32,000 nucleotides of DNA, taken from the NCBI GenBank assembly GCA_001430755.1, contig CP013062.1, positions 150,001 to 182,000 on the forward strand, read 5' to 3'. How positions within the stretch are numbered: position 1 is the stretch's first letter; the number at the start of each line of letters is the position of its first letter. Source of the DNA: Candidatus Peribacter riflensis (GTDB lineage: Bacteria > Patescibacteriota > Gracilibacteria > Peribacterales > Peribacteraceae). Under the pieces are notes generated by a model. It was given only the letters and a program-made list of their open reading frames with translations. It did not search any database and was not told the origin of the DNA. Positions 1 to 6,313 of the stretch are shown one piece after another. A program made the translations under genes and the position numbers.

Positions 1-56
1 ATCCTCGCGCCTTTGACGATGATTGCATCCATCAGAAATTGTGGAATAACATAAAA

Positions 57-72
57 CCCCGCGCGTGCGGGG
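57..72. terminator. GC-rich hairpin CCCCGC-GCGT-GCGGGG, with an A-run on the + side and a T-run on the - side
   Basis: 6-bp perfect stem with a 4-nt loop, read directly. AAAA precedes it on the + strand, giving TTTTAT after it on the - strand. It is unclear which transcript it would terminate. Confidence 0.3.
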
Positions 73-197
73 CTGAGAGCCCAGCGTAGCAAAAATTTCG
101 AGTCCTGTCTAGGGTCTAGGGGCAATCTCGGAGGAGAAAGCCCATGCACTCATCGCTTCTTTACTGCGGAAAATCAGCGCATTCTCCCGCCGCCGGG

Positions 198-203
198 TAC
201 AAT
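198..203 (+). promoter_or_regulatory. -10-like box TACAAT, 8 nt upstream of the ribE ATG
   Basis: The sequence reads gggTACAATacgctcccATG. No Shine-Dalgarno sequence lies between the box and the start codon. Confidence 0.4.
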
Positions 204-211
204 ACGCTCCC

Positions 212-781
212 ATGTTCACGGGCATCATCGAAACGACGGCCAAGGTCCTGGATCGGCAGGATGACCGGCTCACCGTGAGCCGGCCGACATCATTTGATGA
301 CCTGAAAAAGGGAGCGAGCATCGCCATCTCGGGCGTGTGCCTGACGGTTGTAGAAATGGATGCGCACACACTCGCGTTCGACGTGATGCCAGAGACGATG
401 CACAAGACCACGATTGGCGATTTGGCGATTGGCGATAGCGTCAATCTCGAACGCGCGCTTCCCGCACACGGCCGTTTCGAGGGGCATGTGGTGCAGGGGC
501 ATGTGGAGGGGGTGGGCGAGGTGACCGGCCTGCAAACACAGGGAGGAGATGTGCGTCTGGCGGTCCGTGTTCCGAAGGAACTCATGCACGTCATTGTCCC
601 CAAAGGATCGATCTGCCTGGACGGTGTTTCGCTCACCATTACCGATGTGGGGCCGGAATCCTGCACGGTCGCGCTCATCCCGATGACGCTTGCATCCACG
701 ACACTCGGTACAAAGAGGATGGGGGATGCGGTGAACATCGAAACGGATATTCTCGTCCGCACGCTCCTCGCGCTGCGGTAA
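212..781 (+). CDS. ribE: riboflavin synthase (alpha chain)
   Basis: 189-aa ORF starting MFTGIIE. It shows the duplicated lumazine-binding repeat pattern (GASIAISGVCLTV ... GSICLDGVSLTI). It is immediately followed by ribH. Confidence 0.95.
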   Translation: MFTGIIETTAKVLDRQDDRLTVSRPTSFDDLKKGASIAISGVCLTVVEMDAHTLAFDVMPETMHKTTIGDLAIGDSVNLERALPAHGRFEGHVVQGHVEGVGEVTGLQTQGGDVRLAVRVPKELMHVIVPKGSICLDGVSLTITDVGPESCTVALIPMTLASTTLGTKRMGDAVNIETDILVRTLLALR

Positions 782-782
782 C

Positions 783-1268
783 ATGCTCCTGATGCAGTCG
801 CACACTCCTCTTCCGCTGCCCGCCCGCATTTCCTCCTCGTGGAGGATCGGCATCGTGCATGCGCTCTTTCATGATGAAGCGGTGTCATCGATGGTGCAGG
901 GGGCGCGGCAGGTCCTTGCACAGGCGGGGATCGCAGCAGGTAACGTGCGGACGTTCCCGGTGGCAGGATCGTTCGAGATCCCACTCATCGGTGCAGCCCT
1001 CATCGCCGCCAAAGAGGTCGATGCGCTCATCGGTCTCGGCATTGTGGTGGAGGGCGAAACCCACCATGCACGCCTGATCGCCGAGAACGCCACGCGCGCC
1101 ATCATGGATCTGCAGGTGCGTCATACCGTCCCGTTCGCATTCGAGATCCTGTACGTGAAGGATAGTGCGCAGGTGCAGGGGCGCGTGACGGGGGAGGGAA
1201 ACCGGGGAGCCGAGGCGGCGCGCGCCGTCCTCCACTCGCTTGCGCAGCTCAAAGCCCTGCACTCATGA
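783..1268 (+). CDS. ribH: 6,7-dimethyl-8-ribityllumazine synthase
   Basis: 161-aa ORF with RIGIVHALFH..., VAGSFEIPL and GIVVEGETHHA, all typical of RibH. The ATG lies 1 nt after the ribE stop. Confidence 0.92.
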   Translation: MLLMQSHTPLPLPARISSSWRIGIVHALFHDEAVSSMVQGARQVLAQAGIAAGNVRTFPVAGSFEIPLIGAALIAAKEVDALIGLGIVVEGETHHARLIAENATRAIMDLQVRHTVPFAFEILYVKDSAQVQGRVTGEGNRGAEAARAVLHSLAQLKALHS

Positions 1269-1367
1269 ATTGTAGGAAATGGGTAGCGTGAGGGGCGCGA
1301 AATGGTGTGGCATCTTGTAGAGCATGCAGAAATGCTTGTACGATGACGAATACTCCCTCTCCTCCGT

Positions 1368-2729
1368 ATGCGCTCCCGCGTTTGGATTTCTCTGCTCACT
1401 TCCTTTGCGCTCCTCGGTCCGGCCCTGCCGGCCGGTGCGGCGGCTTTCCCTGATGTTCCTGCAGAGCATCGCTTCAAGGAACCGGTCGATGCGCTCGTGA
1501 ACGCCGGGGTTCTCACAGGGAATCCGGACGGGTACTTCTACCCGGACCGGCAGGTGAATCGCGCCGAGATGCTCAAGATGCTCTATAAGGCCACGGGCAA
1601 AACACCCGACTCCACCAGTCGCGCATGTTTTTCTGACGTGGAGCGGTTGAGCTGGTACGAATCCTACGTGTGCGATGCGGCCGCCCACCATTACGTGGAA
1701 GGATATTCCAACGGCACGTTCCGTCCCGCGAATCCTGTGAACCGCGTCGAAGCACTGAAGATGATCACGCAGGTCATCGGCATTCCGGTGGAGGAGATCG
1801 GCGAAGAGGCGCGTCAGGTGGTGAAGTTCGTGGATGTCTCGATCTCGGCGTGGTACACGCGGTACCTGTACACGGCGTACACCAAGGGGATTCTGCCGAT
1901 CGCGGGGCAGGATGCCTCACGCTTCTACCCCGACTGGCCGCTCCTCCGCGGCGAGGCGGCAGCCATGATCTACAACGCGCTCCATGCCGATCTCACGCAG
2001 CGTCGTCAGGGGAGCAGCTCCTCCTCTTCCACTATGGCTGCCTCCCAGAGCCAGAGTTCCACGGCGATGCAGCAGGCGTCGTCCTCCAGCAGCGCGGGAG
2101 GGTACGACGTCCCGTTCCCTCTTGAGTCGTCGGGCAAGTTCTCCGGCCGCACGTCTCTCACGTACCGGTTTGTGCTCGACCGCGCGACGGTCGTCTCCAC
2201 TGTTGTGCGCCTGCAGTCCGGCCAGCCGGGCAGCGTGTCGTGCAGACTCTACCTGATGGCGGAATCCGGCTTCTCGTACGAGTACTTCGTGGGGTTTCAA
2301 GAAGGCTCCACGTGCACGCTGAAGACGGCCCTGAAGCCCGGCAGCTACCAGTTGCAGATGCAGTCCACCATTGCCGATACCACGTTCACCGTGAAGGTGG
2401 AAGAGACGACGACGGGTGACGGCAGCGACGGGTTCGGCGAGGCACAGACCCTGCCCTACAACCTGTCGCGCACCGGAACGCTGGCCCCCGGCGATTACCA
2501 GGATTGGTACACGTTCGAGGTTTCCGCCGTGCAGAGCCTGCAGGTCACGGTGAGCGACTCGACGCAGCTGACGTGCATGATCTACCCCATGGAGGGTGTG
2601 GATCTCTTCGGCTTCTCGGGTCCGGCATGCAACCAGCACTACGAGTTCCAGCCGGGCACGTACGTCATCGCCGTCGGGCGCATGTCCCCGAGTGACGCGC
2701 GGCAGACGTACACCATCCTTGCACAGTGA
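1368..2729 (+). CDS. secreted SLH-domain protein with a Ser-rich linker and a C-terminal PPC-like beta domain
   Basis: Signal peptide MRSRVWISLLTSFALLGPALPAGAAA. Three SLH-like repeats are present (FPDVP...GYFYPDRQVNRAEMLKML; FSDV...GYSNGTFRPANPVNRVEALKMI; FVDV...). A poly-Ser/Gln linker follows. The C-terminus carries GDYQDWYTFEV, resembling pre-peptidase C-terminal domains. Confidence 0.85.
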   Translation: MRSRVWISLLTSFALLGPALPAGAAAFPDVPAEHRFKEPVDALVNAGVLTGNPDGYFYPDRQVNRAEMLKMLYKATGKTPDSTSRACFSDVERLSWYESYVCDAAAHHYVEGYSNGTFRPANPVNRVEALKMITQVIGIPVEEIGEEARQVVKFVDVSISAWYTRYLYTAYTKGILPIAGQDASRFYPDWPLLRGEAAAMIYNALHADLTQRRQGSSSSSSTMAASQSQSSTAMQQASSSSSAGGYDVPFPLESSGKFSGRTSLTYRFVLDRATVVSTVVRLQSGQPGSVSCRLYLMAESGFSYEYFVGFQEGSTCTLKTALKPGSYQLQMQSTIADTTFTVKVEETTTGDGSDGFGEAQTLPYNLSRTGTLAPGDYQDWYTFEVSAVQSLQVTVSDSTQLTCMIYPMEGVDLFGFSGPACNQHYEFQPGTYVIAVGRMSPSDARQTYTILAQ

Positions 2730-2778
2730 TGGCCGGATGAGTCGGCCGGATTTCTGCCCTTACGGAGGGGTAGGTGTA

Positions 2779-2799
2779 GGGTTAGGGTTAGGGTTAGGG
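2779..2799 (+). repeat. GGG(TTAGGG)3 telomere-type G-quadruplex motif
   Basis: Read directly: gggttagggttagggttaggg, preceded by gggg (2767-2770). It lies between the convergent SLH gene and the YbaK-like gene and overlaps the latter's stop codon. Confidence 0.9.
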
Positions 2800-3297
2800 A
2801 TTTTGTCCGGAGCGTGACGGCACGCGGAGGATCCGAGGCGTGTGATGCGTGGCTTCGAGAAAGCGCACGATCCCTTCGTTCGGAATCACCAGTGTCGCCG
2901 TGTTGACGAGCGGATGGCACTGCAAGGCTTGGGCATTCCAGATCGCTTCATCGAGGATGACCTCCACTTTTCCCTCGCTGTCGTTCACGATGCCGAGCAG
3001 CGTCACGGCTCCCGGTTCCACCCCCAGAAGTGACTTGAGTCTCTCTGGTGAGGCGAAGCTGAGCTTATCCACTTCCAGTAGATCCTTGAGACCCCTCAGA
3101 TCCGCGGCAGTGTCGTAGCTGACCACGACGAGGAAGTTTCGTGTTCCCTTCCGGTCCCGGAGGAGGAGATTCTTGGTGGCGGTGCCGGGCATTTTCGGGC
3201 AGAGGCGCTCTGCCTCTTCACAGGTAAAGACAGCCGGATGGTCGAATTTCTCGAAGGGAATGCTGTGTTCAGAGAGAAAGGCGGAGATATCGCGCAT
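2794..3297 (-). CDS. YbaK/ProX-type aminoacyl-tRNA deacylase (editing domain protein)
   Basis: The sequence [30 protein letters not shown]...TKNLLLRD...GAVTLLG is typical of the YbaK/EbsC/ProX family. The ORF extends to 3336. The ATG at 3297 is preferred because TAGAAT lies 8 nt upstream and this start avoids overlap with ribBA. Confidence 0.85.
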   Translation of the reverse strand: MRDISAFLSEHSIPFEKFDHPAVFTCEEAERLCPKMPGTATKNLLLRDRKGTRNFLVVVSYDTAADLRGLKDLLEVDKLSFASPERLKSLLGVEPGAVTLLGIVNDSEGKVEVILDEAIWNAQALQCHPLVNTATLVIPNEGIVRFLEATHHTPRILRVPSRSGQNP

Positions 3298-3305
3298 CGC
3301 CGGGG

Positions 3306-3321
3306 ATTCTACTTGTATACT
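3306..3321. promoter_or_regulatory. back-to-back divergent -10 boxes: TAGAAT on the - strand (3306-3311) and TATACT on the + strand (3316-3321)
   Basis: Each box lies exactly 8 nt from its start codon (3297 on the - strand, 3330 on the + strand). Neither gene has a Shine-Dalgarno sequence. Confidence 0.45.
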
Positions 3322-3329
3322 GCTCATCC

Positions 3330-4613
3330 ATGCCACCCTTCGACTCTGCCCAGGGTAAACCCTTCGATCCCGCCTTCGCCGATGCTACGGTGGGCAGGCA
3401 GGGTACACCATTCGCAACGGTTCCAGAGGCTCTCGAGGCGTTGAAGGCCGGGCGCATGATCATTGTGGTGGATGACGAGGCGCGCGAGAACGAGGGCGAT
3501 TTGGTGTTCGCGGCAGAGCACATCACCGAAGAGACGATGGCCTTCATCATCCGGCACACCGGCGGAGTTGTCTGTCTCTCACTGAGTAACGCCATCGCCG
3601 ACCGACTCCGGCTCCCGCCGATGGTGAGCGAAAATTCATCCAAGCGTCAGACGCCGTTCACGGTGAGCATCGAAGCGGTGGAAGGAGTGGATACCGGCAT
3701 TTCGGCGCACGACCGCGCGCGCACCGTGCGTGCAGCGATTGATCCGGATGCCCGGCCGTCGGATCTCGCGCGGCCCGGACATGTGTTTCCCCTGCGCGCG
3801 CAGGATGGCGGCGTGCTCGTGCGTGCCGGACACACCGAAGCCGCAGTGGATCTGTGCCGTCTCGCGAATCTCAGAGAGGCCGCTGTCTTGAGCGAACTCA
3901 TGCACGACGACGGCACGATGATGCGTCTGCCGTCTCTGCAGGAATTTTCCGCAGCGCACGGGCTGTCCATCCTCCGCATTGCCGATCTCATCGCGTACCG
4001 CCGTCGCATCGAGACACTGGTTCGCTCCGAGGCCCGCTCTCTCCTCCAGACGGAAACCGGCGAGTGGACCATCCACGTGTACCGCGATCTGCTGCAGAAC
4101 GGGGAGCACGTCGCACTCACGAAAGGCGATGTGAGCGGAGGCGCACCCGTTCTCGTGCGCGTGCACTCCGAGTGCTTCACGGGTGACACGCTCCATTCGC
4201 TCCGCTGTGATTGCGGTCACCAGCTCCACACGGCCATGCAGATGATTCAGGGCGAGGGGCGCGGCATTCTCCTCTACTTAAAGCAGGAGGGGCGCGGCAT
4301 CGGACTCACGAATAAAATTCGCGCCTATCAGATTCAGCAGGAGCAGGGGTTGGACACGGTTGAAGCCAACGAGCAACTCGGATTTGCGCCGGACCTGCGT
4401 GAGTATGGAATCGGCGCGCAGATCCTTCGCGACCTCGGAGCCGGCAACATCCGGCTGCTCACGAATAACCCGCGCAAAATCGTCGGACTCGAGGGGCACG
4501 GTCTCACAGTCGTGGAGCGCATTCCCATCGAGTTGTCGCAAGGAACGCCCGAGCAGCATCGGTACCTCATGACCAAGCAGAAAAAACTCGGACACACGAT
4601 TCACATCGCGTAA
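3330..4613 (+). CDS. ribBA: bifunctional 3,4-dihydroxy-2-butanone-4-phosphate synthase / GTP cyclohydrolase II
   Basis: The N-terminal half has [21 protein letters not shown] and HTEAAVDL, typical of RibB. The C-terminal half has [11 protein letters not shown]...CDCG...[13 protein letters not shown], typical of RibA. Confidence 0.95.
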   Translation: MPPFDSAQGKPFDPAFADATVGRQGTPFATVPEALEALKAGRMIIVVDDEARENEGDLVFAAEHITEETMAFIIRHTGGVVCLSLSNAIADRLRLPPMVSENSSKRQTPFTVSIEAVEGVDTGISAHDRARTVRAAIDPDARPSDLARPGHVFPLRAQDGGVLVRAGHTEAAVDLCRLANLREAAVLSELMHDDGTMMRLPSLQEFSAAHGLSILRIADLIAYRRRIETLVRSEARSLLQTETGEWTIHVYRDLLQNGEHVALTKGDVSGGAPVLVRVHSECFTGDTLHSLRCDCGHQLHTAMQMIQGEGRGILLYLKQEGRGIGLTNKIRAYQIQQEQGLDTVEANEQLGFAPDLREYGIGAQILRDLGAGNIRLLTNNPRKIVGLEGHGLTVVERIPIELSQGTPEQHRYLMTKQKKLGHTIHIA

Positions 4614-4736
4614 TGGTGGTACTGGGTGCGTGTTGAACGAGGGCACATTTCGTCGAATGCGCTGCAGAAAGAATTTCCCTTGCGGGCAATTCTGCATACA
4701 GTATCAAGATACATTTTACTTCTTCCCACTCATTCT

Positions 4737-4805
4737 ATGGTTAAGAGGAAGAAAAAAGTCAGGAAGACTAAGAAGCGAAAGGCCACGAAGAAGAAGAGGC
4801 GCTAG
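4737..4805 (+). CDS. possible 22-aa extremely basic peptide MVKRKKKVRKTKKRKATKKKRR
   Basis: An ATG-to-TAG ORF read by hand; it is below the ORF-track cutoff. A strong intrinsic terminator follows 22 nt later. No SD or close -10 box was seen, so support is limited. Confidence 0.3.
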   Translation: MVKRKKKVRKTKKRKATKKKRR

Positions 4806-4826
4806 AGCGCACGTGGTTCCTGACGA

Positions 4827-4855
4827 GCGTCCCGCACATGCGGGGCGCTTTTCTT
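4827..4855 (+). terminator. rho-independent terminator, possibly bidirectional
   Basis: 9-bp stem GCGTCCCGC / GCGGGGCGC with one G-U pair, an ACAT loop, then TTTTCTT. It also abuts the stop codon (4854-4856) of the minus-strand ORF. Confidence 0.7.
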
Positions 4856-5264
4856 ATACAGCCTGCTTGTACTCCGTTTCGGTTGGCGTGGTGAATTTCT
4901 TCTCGGATCGAAGCGTGAGTTGCTCGCGGAGAGTACTGAGGGACGTGTGCGTACTCGTTCCCTGTTTCATGCGATCAGCTTTCCAGCTGTTGAGCACGGG
5001 GAGGGGGAGGGGCAGATGCTTGATCGCGCTCCATGTGAGCCGCAGAGTTCCTCTACTCACGCCTTTGATGACACTCCACAGGACGCGGTGCGGCATGGCG
5101 AGCAGATTCCATGTGGCATCCGCGATGTCGTGCTTCGTCGAAGCGACGAAGGGTTTGCCCTCCAGCTTTCGCACGGCGTTCTCAGCGATCTTCACGGGGA
5201 GCGTTGCGGGCCCCTCGATCGCCTTGCCGACATCACGGCCGATCTCGTGGAGCATGTCGCCCAT
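4854..5264 (-). CDS. hypothetical protein (136 aa)
   Basis: This is the part of the 4854..5447 ORF downstream of the tRNA-Arg locus. The ATG at 5264 is preceded by a near-consensus promoter, TTGTAA-16 nt-TATAAT-6 nt-ATG. I recognised no family. Confidence 0.55.
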   Translation of the reverse strand: MGDMLHEIGRDVGKAIEGPATLPVKIAENAVRKLEGKPFVASTKHDIADATWNLLAMPHRVLWSVIKGVSRGTLRLTWSAIKHLPLPLPVLNSWKADRMKQGTSTHTSLSTLREQLTLRSEKKFTTPTETEYKQAV

Positions 5265-5270
5265 ATAGAT

Positions 5271-5298
5271 ATTATACAATAAATTACATATATTACAA
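5271..5298 (-). promoter_or_regulatory. sigma70-like promoter (TTGTAA, 16-nt spacer, TATAAT) with leaderless geometry
   Basis: The reverse complement of 5265-5298 reads TTGTAAtatatgtaatttattgTATAATatctat, followed by ATG. The region is AT-rich within high-GC surroundings. Confidence 0.55.
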
Positions 5299-5369
5299 TA
5301 CTTCGGGGGATCAGGGCATTCCTGAAAATTTAGAGGATCGCGATAACCGTGATAGGCTTTTTTCACGCT

Positions 5370-5446
5370 GCCCGCGTAGCTCAGCTGGATAGAGCGCCTG
5401 GCTTCGAACCAGGAGGTCGTGGGTTCAACTCCTGCCGCGGGCACCA
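5370..5446 (+). tRNA. tRNA-Arg (anticodon TCG), CCA encoded
   Basis: Manual cloverleaf fold. The acceptor stem is GCCCGCG/CGCGGGC, the D arm is GCTC-AGCTGGATA-GAGC, and the anticodon arm is CCTGG-CTTCGAA-CCAGG. The T loop is TTCAACT, followed by discriminator A and CCA. Total length is 77 nt. Confidence 0.93.
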
Positions 5447-5456
5447 TTCGATTCGC

Positions 5457-5482
5457 CCAGCACTTTCATCGGAAAGTGCTGG
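5457..5482 (+). terminator. perfect 11-bp hairpin directly after tRNA-Arg, without a U-tract
   Basis: CCAGCACTTTC-ATCG-GAAAGTGCTGG read directly. It could be a terminator or a processing structure. Confidence 0.45.
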
Positions 5483-5633
5483 CTCACTCATGGTCCTCGG
5501 CCCTTTCGGCCCTCGGGCCATTCTTTCTCGTGGCACGAATCGAATGACAGTGAGCGGAGCGCAGCGGAGTCGAACTGCCCCTCCATTCGTCACTTTGCTC
5601 CTCATGGCAAGCCATGGGGGTATACTTGTTTCC

Positions 5634-6044
5634 ATGGGCACTCGCGATGACGAAGATGTGTGGGCAAGCTATTCCCAGCAGGAACGTCTGACGCGTGCTG
5701 ATCCGCGCAAGGACGTGCTCAAGCGCGAAATCGAAGCGCAGAAGGGGAAGCAACTGGAGGACCGGGAGGCGCAGGAACTCAAAGAGCTCAAAACGAAGGT
5801 GAATTTGAAGGAGCTCAAGATGCAGGTCGGTGGCAAGCAGGAGGATGCGGCCACGCACGCGAAGCAGGAAGAGGAGGCAAAGAAGCCGAAGCCCTTCCAC
5901 ACCGAAACGATCAAAGAGAAAGAGGAAGGCGAAGTGGAGAGCGCCCAGACCAAGCCGACGCCTGAGAAGCTCATCAAGAAGGAGGAGGCAGAGCGCAAAG
6001 AGCAAGCACAGGCCGATCAGGAGTATCAACAACAAGTGGGATGA
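5634..6044 (+). CDS. hypothetical Lys/Glu-rich low-complexity protein (136 aa)
   Basis: The ATG at 5634 is preceded by TATACT 7 nt upstream. The product is highly charged (KELKELKTKVNLKELK..., EEEAKKPKP...). The upstream part of the ORF runs across tRNA-Arg and was discarded. Confidence 0.55.
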   Translation: MGTRDDEDVWASYSQQERLTRADPRKDVLKREIEAQKGKQLEDREAQELKELKTKVNLKELKMQVGGKQEDAATHAKQEEEAKKPKPFHTETIKEKEEGEVESAQTKPTPEKLIKKEEAERKEQAQADQEYQQQVG

Positions 6045-6060
6045 CGATTTGAGACTTCTT

Positions 6061-6094
6061 GTCCTTTCTTTGTCAGGCGCGACAAAGAAAGGAC
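6061..6094 (+). terminator. perfect 14-bp hairpin after the K/E-rich ORF
   Basis: GTCCTTTCTTTGTC-AGGCGC-GACAAAGAAAGGAC. A second hairpin follows, GCGCCTATG (6108-6116) pairing with CATAGGCGC (6139-6147), and then a roughly 60-nt T/G-rich tract. Confidence 0.5.
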
Positions 6095-6296
6095 GAAAGA
6101 AAGCGCTGCGCCTATGACCCCCTCCGCTATCGCCGCCACATAGGCGCGTTTCCGGAGATTTTGTTTGTTTCTGTATTGTTCTGTTTTTTTTGTGTATGTT
6201 TTTCTTTTTTGTCTGGCATGCGAATATCGCTCTGTGATGCACAAGAATTTTGATACTGCGACATCGGCAAGGTGTGGCGTTTCGTGTCAGCGCATT

Positions 6297-6305
6297 TGAT
6301 ATAAT
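6297..6305 (+). promoter_or_regulatory. extended -10 promoter TGATATAAT, 8 nt upstream of the GTG start
   Basis: The sequence reads tttGATATAATggaccaccGTG. No Shine-Dalgarno sequence is present. Confidence 0.45.
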
Positions 6306-6313
6306 GGACCACC

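Noticed and set aside
73-211. Expected FMN (RFN) riboswitch upstream of the ribE-ribH operon
   Set aside because: I could not find the conserved FMN-element core strings or its multi-stem layout in the 140 nt upstream. A TACAAT box sits only 8 nt from the ATG, leaving no room for a leader. An Infernal scan with RF00050 would settle it.
109-984. Long antisense or alternative-frame ORFs, for example 109-984(-), 7325-8629(-), 15770-16882(+), 24286-25326(-), 27410-28285(-) and 3636-4229(-)
   Set aside because: These are typical shadow ORFs of high-GC DNA. They overlap genes with clear homology on the other strand, and their products are Arg/Ala/Gly/Pro-rich with no recognisable motifs.
2761-2800. 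The TTAGGG repeats as a CRISPR array or a true linear-chromosome telomere
   Set aside because: There are only three short units with no spacers. They are embedded between two normal convergent genes in the middle of the window, so this is neither a CRISPR array nor a replicon end.
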